Part shown: piece after piece, positions 19,579-29,812 of the stretch
Layout of the letters: every line of letters begins with the position of its first letter
How positions within the stretch are numbered: the stretch's first letter is position 1
Source of the DNA: a bacterium
GTDB taxonomy: Bacteria; Patescibacteriota; Patescibacteriia; Patescibacteriales; GWE2-39-37
Assembly (NCBI GenBank): GCA_037146995.1
Contig: JBAWWA010000002.1
Coordinates: 67,955-114,563 of the forward strand
Direction of reading: 5' to 3'
Length of the DNA: 46,609 nucleotides
The notes under the pieces: model-generated
The model's input: only the letters and a program-made list of their open reading frames with translations
What the model was told of the DNA's origin: nothing
Database searches by the model: none
Position numbers and translations under genes: made by a program

Positions 19579-22491
19579 CTAGAAATTGATTTTCTTCCTC
19601 ATGAACCACCCAATTACTAGCAGTGCACTCGCACCACCAATTACAGATAAATAGGCATTTAATTTTTCATTTTTTGGTCTGGAAACCAAAGTTTCTTCGG
19701 TCATCGTGGCAATTTTAACGGCTGTTTTGTTACTAGAGTTAATTTCAGCTATATCAGCAATACCTCTAGGGAGCAACCTGATGCCAGTCTTGTTTTTGGT
19801 CAAAATGCCAGTCACTAAGTATTTACCACCCAACTTAAAGTCGCTTGCCAAGAGTCCTGTACTTTGTCGCAAATATATAATTGCTTCGTCAGTCTCATCA
19901 TCAATATATATACTGGCACCCGTTTTTTTAGTTATTTCACCCTCTAAACTCACCAATTGAGACAACAAGTCATCATTCAATATTTCGCATTTAACTGTCT
20001 GTGGCTTGACCTCAAATTTTGAACTCAACCCTTTTATTTGTGCCCGTCCATTAATTTTCAAGCGTGTCTCGTTATTAATTTCAGACATAACCCCAGTAAC
20101 TTCTATACGCTCACCAATTTCAAGATTAGGAAAATCTTTTTTGAAGCTATAAACCTGGTAGCCGCTACCTCCATTTTGCATGTAAAAATACTGATTACTA
20201 AGCTTGCCAGGCAAGCTCGTCACAAAACCAATAACTACTTCTTGGTTGTTGATTTTTTGGGTTTTTTTGCCAGTAGTTTTCTTTTTTACGGTCTGCCCGT
20301 CAGACTCGCTGCCATAAAAATTTATAACATTTTTATCACCTGGTGTTGAAATATTTGTCCAAAGCCATTCGTCATTTTCATTTCTCGCAAAGGCCAGACC
20401 TTCTTTGGCACCTTGGTAAGCAACACTATCCACCAGCTGACCAGCAGAATTAAACAATCTAACTTCATCGTGATTATTATTTAAAGAAATAGCCGTTTCA
20501 GATTTTTCAAAGATGGCATATTCCAGCGGCTCAAGCCAAACGTCGTCCATGATTTTGAAAGCACTACTACCACCTTCCTCATCATCAAGTTGCCAACCAA
20601 CCAAATTAATTCTTTCTTTGCCTTTGTTAATAACTTCAATCCACTCTTCGTCGTCAGTACCCTCAGGATTCGGCATCAACTCATTCAAGATAATCTCATT
20701 GTTCATTGGTAAAGATTGTGAGAAAATAGAAATCGTGCTTTTAGTTATTTTAATGTTTTTCTCAAAGCGTGTCCTTGAATAGCCATCATTCACCTCAAGC
20801 TTAACCTTGTAATTACCTGACTTCGCATAACTGTGTTGAGGACTGGGCAAGGAACTGCTTGCCCCATCGCCAAACTGCCACAAAAAACTCAAACTATCGC
20901 CATCAGCGTCGACGGTGTCAGAACTATCAAACAAAACCAATTGTCCTGCCTCAACTGGTGAATCAAAATAGACAACAATATCCGGTTCGGAATTGGTTTT
21001 TTTAAAGCTATTTTTTGCAGCCGGCGTTGGTGTTAACGTCCAGTTCCAAGTGCCATCATTATCTCTTGAAAAGCTTTCAGACTCTTTAACTTTTGAATAA
21101 TTAAGACTCTGGCTGGCACTCTGGCTAGCGGGCGGATATAATTTAATAGTTGCGCTTGTGTTTGGTAACGACAAGTGTGTTTGTTCACGCTTTAATACCA
21201 AGAATTCACCTGCCCCTATAGTGCCAGTAGCAAACTTAAAGTACTGGTCAGCTACACCTACCCTAAAATCAGTCAAGTTGATTTGTCCCGCTCCGAGATT
21301 ATAAATCTCTAGCCACTCATTTGCGTCATCACCTTGCGGATTGGGCATTATTTCATTTATTATTAAGTCTTTATAATTTTGTGGTTTTTTCACTACGTTT
21401 GTCTCACTGATTTGTCTAACAATTTTATTGGGACCGCCCTTGCTTGGCACTTCAGTAATGGCAAAATCACTACTATTATTAAAACTAGTAACCCCGTCAA
21501 AAATCCTCGCTAGCGACATGCCATCACGCGGAGCCGCGACATCGCTTGAATTATTCCAATTACCATAAGTCAGCTGATCCAATAAAACACCATTATCGTT
21601 TCTTAAAATTATCGTATCCCCAGTGTTGTTCAAGGTGCCTTTGGGTTTTTCGATAATCATAAAATTATTACTCCGACTCAAGTTACCACTTAAAAGGGTT
21701 TTCGTTTGGTTTCCATCCTCGACTGTCCAATTTGTCACATCAAACTCTCGATTTGAATTTATAAAAATTTCAATCCATTCTTCCTCGCCATCGTTAGGAT
21801 CACTCACAATTTCGTTTATCACCACCTCGCCTACCTGGGGTGATATTTTTTGGGGCAAATTTATAGTATCATGATTAAGAGCCACACTTGATGTTGCTGC
21901 CTCCGGCAATGAGACAGGATTAATAATCACAGGCGCAGCCTCGCCACCATCTATCACCTTCAAGCTATCAATGACGCTATTTTCCGCCCTTGGCGTACCG
22001 CCCACAACCTTACTATCCTGCCAATTACCTAAGTTATCACGCTCCATAGTTTTTTTATTTGCATTATTACCAGCTGGCCAGGCGCTTGTCGCCTCGACAA
22101 CATCAACAACATTTCCATTAGCGTCTTTCAGTTCGAGCTTTGCACCAGTATTAGCCAGATCGCCGGTATATTTTAGATCCATTGGCACGCCAGGTACCGA
22201 ATCATCGCTAGTCCTTTCCATAAGATAAAAACCATTCGCGCCAACCACACCGGTCAATGCTATTGGCGCTGCAATGCTTGATGCTTTAAGCGACCAACCG
22301 GTCAAATCGATTATCTGATCAGTATTATTTTTTAGCTCTAGCCACTCCTTGGTATATGAGACTGTTGTCCCCATCCAAGCCACCTCATTTATCTGGACAC
22401 TCGAAGTGCTTGCTGCCAAACTTTTTTGAGCACAAAAAAACCCGCCGAAACATACTGCGAGTAAAAATATCATAAACAAATTTTTGTTCAT
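19579..22491 (-). CDS. Surface protein: signal peptide, 4 lamin-tail domains, PKD domain, probable OB folds, C-terminal TM anchor
   Basis: Four (I/V/L)NE...EW(L/I)E(L/I/V) LTD motifs; PKD pattern FDSSDTVDADGD..WQFGDG..HSY..G.Y.V.L.V.D; OB-like GERIEVTGVM and GKYLVTGIL; C-terminal hydrophobic helix followed by RKK. Confidence 0.82.
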   Translation of the reverse strand: MNKNLFMIFLLAVCFGGFFCAQKSLAASTSSVQINEVAWMGTTVSYTKEWLELKNNTDQIIDLTGWSLKASSIAAPIALTGVVGANGFYLMERTSDDSVPGVPMDLKYTGDLANTGAKLELKDANGNVVDVVEATSAWPAGNNANKKTMERDNLGNWQDSKVVGGTPRAENSVIDSLKVIDGGEAAPVIINPVSLPEAATSSVALNHDTINLPQKISPQVGEVVINEIVSDPNDGEEEWIEIFINSNREFDVTNWTVEDGNQTKTLLSGNLSRSNNFMIIEKPKGTLNNTGDTIILRNDNGVLLDQLTYGNWNNSSDVAAPRDGMSLARIFDGVTSFNNSSDFAITEVPSKGGPNKIVRQISETNVVKKPQNYKDLIINEIMPNPQGDDANEWLEIYNLGAGQINLTDFRVGVADQYFKFATGTIGAGEFLVLKREQTHLSLPNTSATIKLYPPASQSASQSLNYSKVKESESFSRDNDGTWNWTLTPTPAAKNSFKKTNSEPDIVVYFDSPVEAGQLVLFDSSDTVDADGDSLSFLWQFGDGASSSLPSPQHSYAKSGNYKVKLEVNDGYSRTRFEKNIKITKSTISIFSQSLPMNNEIILNELMPNPEGTDDEEWIEVINKGKERINLVGWQLDDEEGGSSAFKIMDDVWLEPLEYAIFEKSETAISLNNNHDEVRLFNSAGQLVDSVAYQGAKEGLAFARNENDEWLWTNISTPGDKNVINFYGSESDGQTVKKKTTGKKTQKINNQEVVIGFVTSLPGKLSNQYFYMQNGGSGYQVYSFKKDFPNLEIGERIEVTGVMSEINNETRLKINGRAQIKGLSSKFEVKPQTVKCEILNDDLLSQLVSLEGEITKKTGASIYIDDETDEAIIYLRQSTGLLASDFKLGGKYLVTGILTKNKTGIRLLPRGIADIAEINSSNKTAVKIATMTEETLVSRPKNEKLNAYLSVIGGASALLVIGWFMRKKINF

Positions 22492-22539
22492 AATGCGATT
22501 TAAATTATCTTAACTAAATATTACCAAACTAGCTAAAAT

Positions 22540-22576
22540 AAAAAAAGTGCCCAGCATTCCGTTGGATTGCTGGGCA
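22540..22576 (-). terminator. Intrinsic terminator
   Basis: TGCCCAGCA...TGCTGGGCA stem with T-run on the minus strand. Confidence 0.75.
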
Positions 22577-22597
22577 TAAATGAGTGGGGGCAGTTAG

Positions 22598-22963
22598 TTA
22601 AGCGGCTTGCCGATCTTCTCGATCAGCAATTAGCCGCTTGTTGAGTTCCGTTATCAGGTGCATCGTAGTGCATTTGAGTGCACTTGTTTCAGATGAATAA
22701 TTCAAGTACTCAACCGGTACGCCATGCAGCTTCTCATCATGATCAAGCAACACGCCAACGGTAGTATTTTTCGTTATAGAGTTTATGCCAAACGGTACAC
22801 ATACGACGAGCATTACAGCATCTGCTAGAAATTGAAACCTTGTCCTCTTCGAGAGAATAATCTCCTCAAGCGGTTTGAGCTCTGCCGCCACCGGCTTAAG
22901 CCTCACATTACTTAAAAATTGGAATCTACGACCATCGATGGTAACTATACCTTCTGTATTCAT
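22598..22963 (-). CDS. Hypothetical protein, 121 aa
   Basis: AAGGGG SD, own terminator; no family recognised. Confidence 0.7.
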   Translation of the reverse strand: MNTEGIVTIDGRRFQFLSNVRLKPVAAELKPLEEIILSKRTRFQFLADAVMLVVCVPFGINSITKNTTVGVLLDHDEKLHGVPVEYLNYSSETSALKCTTMHLITELNKRLIADREDRQAA

Positions 22964-23074
22964 TTTTTTCCCCTTTCAGCCAAATTTGGCATGTTTTAAT
23001 TTTACCATGAATCAAAAAGCCCCCGCTCAAATTTAAATGTTCATAACACAACCATATCATATTTAATGGAAATA

Positions 23075-23725
23075 TTAAATATCCTGTGAGTTTTTTACCA
23101 TTTTTAAGCGTCCAGTATTTACTTCAGACGGTATTAATGACAAATTTGATTTTAGACTACTTTTAACCGATGATATCAGCTTGACTAGATCGCTGGTTTT
23201 GTAATAACCAAGATCTTTGATCTGATGCAAAGAAATCATTTTACGATCAACCGGATCTAATTGCGGCTGATAATGAAATGAAAAATTAATCATAATCTGG
23301 AAGCGTTCTGGAGCGACAACAATCTCTTTATGACTTTTAAATAATCGCCCTGCCTGTTTTTCTATTTCAAACAAGTTGGGATTAGCCATAAAGCATGCTC
23401 TCACTTGCTCATGAACATCATGTGTAATTTTTCCAATTGATCGGCCATTAGGTAATAAATAATTACCATCAACTGACCTTAAAAACAACACAAACCTTAG
23501 TTCAAATTTGATAATTGGACCCAAGGAACTTATTTCTTGACGAATTAGACGATTTTTTTCGGATTTTTTTCGCTTCAATTGATTAAATCTAAAATAGCCA
23601 AGCAAAACACAACTTGCCATCCCTAAAACGAATAACATACCAACTAAAACACTGTTGATGTTTTTTTCACTAGCAAACGCCATAGATGGCGTAGCTAGTA
23701 CAAGACTAGCAATTAGCGCCCTCAT
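23075..23725 (-). CDS. Hypothetical membrane-anchored protein (start revised to ATG 23725)
   Basis: AAGGGG SD; signal-like N-terminus, then a TM segment followed by a basic patch. Confidence 0.7.
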   Translation of the reverse strand: MRALIASLVLATPSMAFASEKNINSVLVGMLFVLGMASCVLLGYFRFNQLKRKKSEKNRLIRQEISSLGPIIKFELRFVLFLRSVDGNYLLPNGRSIGKITHDVHEQVRACFMANPNLFEIEKQAGRLFKSHKEIVVAPERFQIMINFSFHYQPQLDPVDRKMISLHQIKDLGYYKTSDLVKLISSVKSSLKSNLSLIPSEVNTGRLKMVKNSQDI

Positions 23726-23777
23726 AATGACGTCCCCTTTCATTTATATTTTTAAAGTACACAACTTTCGATAATAG

Positions 23778-23806
23778 ACCTTAACATATTACACATAATT
23801 TGTCAA
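23778..23806 (-). promoter_or_regulatory. sigma70-type promoter followed by boxA-like GTACTTTAAAA
   Basis: TTGACA-17-TAAGGT. Confidence 0.6.
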
Positions 23807-23832
23807 GTAAAACTACTAAAATATAGAAAAAT

Positions 23833-23860
23833 AAAAAAGCGGCTAGTTTAACTAGCCGCT
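23833..23860 (-). terminator. Intrinsic terminator of the helicase gene
   Basis: AGCGGCTAGTT-x-AACTAGCCGCT + T-run. Confidence 0.8.
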
Positions 23861-23869
23861 ACGTATTTT

Positions 23870-26356
23870 TTAGATTTTTTTTCTCCCCCCTCTATTACAT
23901 TTTGGACAACCTCGGCCGTTTACCCGATTTTTGCCAATTGCCTCCCATTCATGACCGCAGTCAATATTGGCGCATTTCCACCAAAGTTTTTTATGCGTAC
24001 CAGCTACAATCTGTTCAGCAGATAAGCTATTTTTTGGTGGTGCCATATACTCCTTGGCCAATGCCGGGTGGGTAATAGCAAGATTGTTCAGATGAGTCGC
24101 CCTTCTCTTGCCACAAGATGGACAGCCATTACCATTAACTCTGTCGTTACCTTGAGCTTGCCATTCAAAGCCGCAACCATCTTTAGTGCATTTCCACCAA
24201 AGTTTTTTATTTGTCCCAGCAATAATTTTATGCGCTGGTAATAAATTTTTTGGTGGCGCCATATACTCTAGCGCCAGACCTGGGTGGGTTTTAGTCATCG
24301 CATTAGAAGTAGAAACAGTTCTATGCGCGCATGACGGGCAACCAAGTCCATCTCTTCGCATATTAACCATCGATTTCCACTCATGACTGCAAACGTAACA
24401 CTTCCACCATACGTATTTGGAATGACTAGCAACAATCAAGTGTACTGGCAATTGATTTTTCGGCGGAGCCATGTAATCTCGCGCCAAAATAGCATGAGTT
24501 ACTGCCAAATTGTTCTTTTCTGTTGCTACTAGGCCTAAGCATGCCGGGCAACCACGTCCTTTTGTCACCCGCTCATATGCAGAAACTTGCCATTCATGGC
24601 CACATCCCTCGACTTTACATTGCCACCATAATTTTTTGTCAGTCGTTGCCAAAATACTTTCTGGCGTTTTTTCATTCCTTGGTGCCGGCATCAATTCCTT
24701 GGCCAAATCTGGTCGAACTGCGGCTAAATTATTTTTAGACGTCACAGCTTTGCCAACGCAAGCTGGACAACCTTTGCCTTGCAACCGATTGTAGCCGAAT
24801 GCTAAATATTCATGACCACAACTTTCTTTAGTACATTTCCACCAGAATTTATGTTGCGAACCAATTATAACCAAGTCGGCTGGCAAGGCATTTTTGGGTT
24901 GGTCTAGATACTGTTTAGCCAGCTCAGGATAACGTGCGGCTAAATTATTTTTAGAGGTCACAACCTTGTTTGCACAGGCCGGACAACCGCTGCCTCGCAA
25001 CCGGCTATTTGCCCTAGCGAACCAAATGTGTCCACACTCATTTATGCTGCATTGCCACCAGTATTTACTACTGGAGTTGGCAAAAACCTGATCAGCCGGC
25101 AAAATATTTTTCGGCATTGGCAAATACTCAAGAGCGATCGATTCTACCTCGCTTATAAATTGCCTATTAATGACTTTTTCAAGCACCTCGATTATATCCA
25201 AGTCTTGACGAGTAAAAACAAAGTCAAAGCTCTTGCCTTTGATATGCATTGGATCTTTACTGAGATTATTTTTTTCAAAACTCATTACCTTTATAGCCAG
25301 TTCTTTGACTGCCAATATGCGTTCGCAATTGGCAACAAAATCCATAACGACAACCTTGTCTTTGCCCTCAGTCCGACGAAGTCCACGACCAAGCTGTTGC
25401 AAGAATACGGTCAAGGAGTCAGTGGCACGTAGAAAGACGATCAATTCAGCATCTGGCACATCAACACCTTCATTGCACTTATTGACCGAGACTAGATACT
25501 GCAGTTCATTATTTTTGAATTGCCTCATCGCCTCGATATTCTCACTGTCCGAACGACCGGAGTGATATGCAAAGCTACCCGGAATGAATTTAGAAAAATT
25601 TTCGCAATGATCGATGTTCTCGCAAAATATCAAGGCCTTCAAATTTTCAGCCATAATAATTTTAGCGATTTCCGTATCACGTGACTTAATGAAAAGCGTT
25701 TCATTCAGCTGTTTCATAGATACGCGCCGAGTCTGGTCATTTATTTTTTTTTTGAATAGTTTGTTAAGATTTTTACTATTCAAATTATCAGACTTTAAGC
25801 GATATTCGACTGGCGTCAACCAATTTTTTGCAATCGCTTCTGGTAAGGTGATATCAACCGCCTCATCACCAAATATTTCCCGAATATTTTTTTCATCCAT
25901 CCGGTCTGGTGTGGCGGTCAAGCCTATCAATTTTACAGGGTTAAAATATTCGATAGTCTCTCTATAGGTCGGAGCCTGGCTATGATGCGATTCGTCAACA
26001 ATAATATAGTCAAACTCATTCCTCAAAAAAACTAAATGCCAATCTTGCATGGTTTGAAAAGTGGCAAAAAGCCAATCGACGTTTTGAAAATTTTTCTCAT
26101 CACCATTAAAAACCCCGGTGCTGACTTCTTCACTCATAACTTCGGTGAATTCAAGTAGATTTTGGTCAAGAATTTCTTTTTCATGACACAAGATCAAGCC
26201 TCTCGTTATGCCTGGAGTTGTTACTGATCGAGCCCAATGCGCGATCACTAAAGTCTTACCTAATCCAGTTGCCATTACAACCAAGGCATTAAAAGAATGC
26301 TTCAAATGATTCACCAGCTTGTCTAATGCCGTTTTTTGGTACTCGTAAAGTTCCAT
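23870..26356 (-). CDS. SF2 (ResIII/SSL2-like DExH) helicase fused to six tandem Zn-ribbon repeats (DUF4379-like)
   Basis: YEYQ, MATGLGKT, DESHH, GLTATP, NEGVDVP, QQLGRGLR, then six WW.C...C.(H/F).(W/Y)......R...GCP.C units. AGGAG spacing favours ATG 26356 over 26362. Confidence 0.9.
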   Translation of the reverse strand: MELYEYQKTALDKLVNHLKHSFNALVVMATGLGKTLVIAHWARSVTTPGITRGLILCHEKEILDQNLLEFTEVMSEEVSTGVFNGDEKNFQNVDWLFATFQTMQDWHLVFLRNEFDYIIVDESHHSQAPTYRETIEYFNPVKLIGLTATPDRMDEKNIREIFGDEAVDITLPEAIAKNWLTPVEYRLKSDNLNSKNLNKLFKKKINDQTRRVSMKQLNETLFIKSRDTEIAKIIMAENLKALIFCENIDHCENFSKFIPGSFAYHSGRSDSENIEAMRQFKNNELQYLVSVNKCNEGVDVPDAELIVFLRATDSLTVFLQQLGRGLRRTEGKDKVVVMDFVANCERILAVKELAIKVMSFEKNNLSKDPMHIKGKSFDFVFTRQDLDIIEVLEKVINRQFISEVESIALEYLPMPKNILPADQVFANSSSKYWWQCSINECGHIWFARANSRLRGSGCPACANKVVTSKNNLAARYPELAKQYLDQPKNALPADLVIIGSQHKFWWKCTKESCGHEYLAFGYNRLQGKGCPACVGKAVTSKNNLAAVRPDLAKELMPAPRNEKTPESILATTDKKLWWQCKVEGCGHEWQVSAYERVTKGRGCPACLGLVATEKNNLAVTHAILARDYMAPPKNQLPVHLIVASHSKYVWWKCYVCSHEWKSMVNMRRDGLGCPSCAHRTVSTSNAMTKTHPGLALEYMAPPKNLLPAHKIIAGTNKKLWWKCTKDGCGFEWQAQGNDRVNGNGCPSCGKRRATHLNNLAITHPALAKEYMAPPKNSLSAEQIVAGTHKKLWWKCANIDCGHEWEAIGKNRVNGRGCPKCNRGGRKKI
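23885..25160 (-). repeat. Six intragenic ~216-bp repeats encoding Zn-ribbon units
   Basis: Trp-Trp codons (CCACCA on +) at 25055, 24839, 24623, 24404, 24194 and 23978; spacings 216, 216, 219, 210, 216. Confidence 0.9.
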
Positions 26357-26411
26357 AACCATCTCCTTTTTGGTGTTTTTTATGTTTTATTTTTTTAAAA
26401 GTGCAAAAACT

Positions 26412-26441
26412 TATATAAACACAAAATCAACCAAATGTCAA
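26412..26441 (-). promoter_or_regulatory. Promoter of the helicase gene, followed by boxA-like GCACTTTTAAAA
   Basis: TTGACA-17/18-T(T)ATATA. Confidence 0.55.
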
Positions 26442-26480
26442 CTTTTGGCTAATTTTCATAACAATTCTAGATATCCCCTG

Positions 26481-28985
26481 TTATTTCACTAAACCAGCAA
26501 CTACATCAGGAAAAACTATATTTTTTAATTGCGTCAGATTGGTCGTATCGTTAATCTTCATGCCATCGCTAGTGATAGTATAAAGATTACTATCAATATA
26601 CAAAGTCTTGATATCACTGCCATAATAACTAGGTGCCTCAACTGCAACCCGACCACGTTCTTTAATCTCTTTATTGCTCATATCAATGACTGACACGCCC
26701 AAAAAGTCATTGCTGTAACTGACTTTTTCAGACAAATTTACTGGCAAAAATAATAGCCTTTGGCTGCTCGAAAAAACAAATTGCTTGTGGTCATTAATAG
26801 CAGTGGAATAGCTGCCAGCTAAGCCAAGGTTTAAACTCGACAGCACCTTGGGTGATTCAACATTGGATACATCAAATAAAGCCAATTTCAAACCGCCGAC
26901 ACCACCCTCGGTCGTGGCATCTCTGCCAATACCGATCAAGGTAGTTTCATCGTAAGGATGAATATAGGTCGAAAAGCCTGGTAACTTCAATTCACCCAAG
27001 ACTTTTGGAGCACTAGGTACTGATAAGTCTATTACAAACAAAGGGTCAACTTGCTTGAACGTTACCATATAAAGTCTACTACCAATAAATCTTGCAGCAT
27101 ACATCCGCTCGCCTGGTGCCAAGCTTTCAAGACTGCCAATTTGTTTTAGATCAGCGTCCAGCGCATATACATTAGAATATGAATCATTTTGCGCCTCAGT
27201 TGCCAAAACGCTATAGGTCCGATATTTCGTTGTCGCGATAAAAAAATTGTCGCCTTGCTCGTTCATCGCAAACTGATTTAAAACTTGACCAGAAACACTG
27301 CCCTCGGCCAAATAATTCAAGTCACCATCTTTCAAACTGATTTTATGGATAATCGTTTTATCTAGCTCTTTAGCGATATTGCCATAAACCTCGTTGGCTT
27401 TATTTTTTATGCTCAGGCCAATTGATTTTAAATCAGCTTCTTTCCAATTGGCAGTTTCACGTCTCGCTATCTCTGTGATCTTATAACGCTTTTCACTTTC
27501 AGATAAAACCAACTTGTCCGCTTTTTCAATGGCAAGTATTTTAGCCTGTGCAGCATTTGATAACTTTTCAAAAACCACAGCTCGCGCGATTTCATAAAGC
27601 AAGTCATCTTCACTCACCATTTTGCCGTAAGTCAAATAAAAATTATCAGCTGAGGCAAAGATTGACCCTGTTTGCGGGATAAAAAAATGCTCGCTCTTGA
27701 TTGTGTCATTATTCATTGCTAACGACACCGAAACAAGCGACACCATATTTAATTCATTATAATTAGTATCAAAATAATAAGGCAACTTTTCATCACTTAC
27801 CAATTTATCATTTACGAAATATGACGGTAAGGGTGTCTCAACCGAACGGGCATAGTCAGTTAAGACTAAATACAAATTATTATTTACCCTTCTGGAGTCA
27901 GTATAACGCCCGTCAAATTTGAAATCCTTGATCAACTTTGGCACTGCTGGAGCGTGAACATCAAAAACCTTTACGTATGTCACTGACTTATCCTGATAAT
28001 ATTCACCATACCTAATAGACAGATTCTTCAAAAAAATGGTCGGCAAATACTCGCTACCAATAACCGTCAAAATCCCATCACTTAAATATAGTGAGCTAAC
28101 TGCACCTTCTTTTAGCTCTATTTCACTAATAACACTGGCGTTATTTGCAGGCACTGCCTCAACCACCAAAACCTTGTTACCCTTAATCGAATAAATATAT
28201 TTACCGTCTGTTTTTGCCGTATCAGCTTCATCAACACCACCCACCTGCACATTAGTCGCTGAATAGTCCAATGAAGTATCTAGCGACTGACTATCACTCA
28301 CCGCACTTTTTGCGGTCGCTATCTCGGCACCGCCGAACAAATTAGCATCAACACCAGTTACAATACGAGGTGAAATCATATCATAATAATTATTGTAATA
28401 GGCCTGATTATTTTGATTATCGGTTAAAAATTTTTTATACTCAGCTAAACTAGCAAACCGCTTTAACTTGTCAGTGCCTTGCTCCGCTTTAAATGTTGCA
28501 AGTAAACTTGGCGCCTTGACGACTGGTTTTTTTTCGGCGTAAACTATGAGCTTTCCCACTCCATTTGGGTTCATCCCCCTTATAACTTCAAGCTTGTCAC
28601 TGCTGCGATCGCCGTCAGTGTCCTTGCTGCGCGGATTAGTCCCGAACAACAACTCCCAGGTATCAGGCAGACCGTCACTATCAGTATCTCGCCCGATAGG
28701 TTTTGTCAATCTAATAATTTGCCTCTTAACCTTTTTTAAGTTAATTTTTAAGTCCTTAATATTGCGGTTCAGTTCGGCCTTTTTATCCTGGCCGATATAA
28801 ATAGCCGCATCCTTATTGACAGGTTTATACCAGTATTGCTTTATCTCACTCACAAAAATTAATTCACCTGGCTTATCATTTTTTTTGGTCGCAGCCATTG
28901 AGGCATGTAGAGGTAAAAATGAAAATACTAACAAAAGTGCAAGTGTGCCTTTATAACAACTCAATTTATTAATCTCACGCATCAT
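26481..28985 (-). CDS. Secreted beta-propeller-domain protein (COG4880-like) with N-terminal Ca-binding DTDxDG repeats
   Basis: Signal peptide; DTDSDGLPD.WE..GTNP..DTDGD; YSATNVQVGGVDEADTAKTDG; ERMYAARF; TFKQVDPLFVIDL; GELKLPGFSTYIHP. Confidence 0.88.
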   Translation of the reverse strand: MMREINKLSCYKGTLALLLVFSFLPLHASMAATKKNDKPGELIFVSEIKQYWYKPVNKDAAIYIGQDKKAELNRNIKDLKINLKKVKRQIIRLTKPIGRDTDSDGLPDTWELLFGTNPRSKDTDGDRSSDKLEVIRGMNPNGVGKLIVYAEKKPVVKAPSLLATFKAEQGTDKLKRFASLAEYKKFLTDNQNNQAYYNNYYDMISPRIVTGVDANLFGGAEIATAKSAVSDSQSLDTSLDYSATNVQVGGVDEADTAKTDGKYIYSIKGNKVLVVEAVPANNASVISEIELKEGAVSSLYLSDGILTVIGSEYLPTIFLKNLSIRYGEYYQDKSVTYVKVFDVHAPAVPKLIKDFKFDGRYTDSRRVNNNLYLVLTDYARSVETPLPSYFVNDKLVSDEKLPYYFDTNYNELNMVSLVSVSLAMNNDTIKSEHFFIPQTGSIFASADNFYLTYGKMVSEDDLLYEIARAVVFEKLSNAAQAKILAIEKADKLVLSESEKRYKITEIARRETANWKEADLKSIGLSIKNKANEVYGNIAKELDKTIIHKISLKDGDLNYLAEGSVSGQVLNQFAMNEQGDNFFIATTKYRTYSVLATEAQNDSYSNVYALDADLKQIGSLESLAPGERMYAARFIGSRLYMVTFKQVDPLFVIDLSVPSAPKVLGELKLPGFSTYIHPYDETTLIGIGRDATTEGGVGGLKLALFDVSNVESPKVLSSLNLGLAGSYSTAINDHKQFVFSSSQRLLFLPVNLSEKVSYSNDFLGVSVIDMSNKEIKERGRVAVEAPSYYGSDIKTLYIDSNLYTITSDGMKINDTTNLTQLKNIVFPDVVAGLVK

Positions 28986-29074
28986 AAAATAAATTATTTA
29001 ATTACTCATTTATTATATCGGACTAACTCACTACGAACAAGCCAATAAAAAAAGCAGTTAACTATGTAACCGCT

Positions 29075-29617
29075 CTATGCTTGTTTGCGCCAGGCCTTAT
29101 CGTAGATCGACATTTTATCGATCACTCGGCAATTAAACTTTTCTCTCAACTCCTTAGCAAAGCCGGTGCCAAAAAAAGCAAATTGCACCTCCATCTTGTA
29201 ATCAATTATGACATGCCCTAGACCCTCAAAATCTGAATCACCAGAGACTATAATAATTTTATCAGGCCTTTGATTATACATTTCCCGATCAAAAATCATT
29301 TGCATAACAACAATGGCAATATCAACATCAAGATTGCATTTGTAAGATACGCCAGTGCGCGTATCATAAATTCTCTTCGCTTTTTTTTCTAATGTCTCAT
29401 AGCCGTTTTTATCAAAAAAACGACACAAAGCGTCGCCTGCTACGGCCCTGTTCAAAAATACAACTTTATAAAAAGCCACATCTGGAAAAACCAACAAATT
29501 TACCAATTTGGTATAATTGACTTGCTTGTACTCGTGCAGGCTCCTTAACTCCTGCCACATATGTCTAAAATTTGAATGATCTATGATAACCGCCACCTTT
29601 TTAGCCGTATTAGACAA
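29075..29617 (-). CDS. NYN-domain (LabA/DUF88, PIN-like) putative ribonuclease
   Basis: IIDHSNF, NLDVDIA, VSGDSDF acidic motifs. TTG at 29617 follows GGAGGGGGGTGAGG; the track's start at 29686 coincides with the -35 box. Confidence 0.85.
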   Translation of the reverse strand: MSNTAKKVAVIIDHSNFRHMWQELRSLHEYKQVNYTKLVNLLVFPDVAFYKVVFLNRAVAGDALCRFFDKNGYETLEKKAKRIYDTRTGVSYKCNLDVDIAIVVMQMIFDREMYNQRPDKIIIVSGDSDFEGLGHVIIDYKMEVQFAFFGTGFAKELREKFNCRVIDKMSIYDKAWRKQA

Positions 29618-29663
29618 TTTCCTCACCCCCCTCCTTTTAATGGTTAAGTTAATCTTGAAATTA

Positions 29664-29734
29664 CAACAATAAGAATGTTCTGTCAATTGTATCAGCTAAT
29701 TAATGTTGACAAAATATCAACTTCATGCTACTTT
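29664..29734. promoter_or_regulatory. Back-to-back divergent promoters
   Basis: TTGACA on - (29681-29686) and TTGACA-17-TACTTT with TG extension on + (29706-29734). Confidence 0.65.
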
Positions 29735-29812
29735 GATTCATAATTCCTCGATCTTTACATGCACCAACAAGGATATATTTATCCTTGAACTTCCATATTT
29801 GGAGGCAATAAC

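Noticed and set aside
23885-25160. Zn-ribbon repeats as a diversity-generating retroelement TR/VR pair or a CRISPR array
   Set aside because: The repeats are in-frame protein repeats with differences at all four bases, not adenine-specific. There is no reverse transcriptase or cas gene and no identical repeat-spacer pattern.
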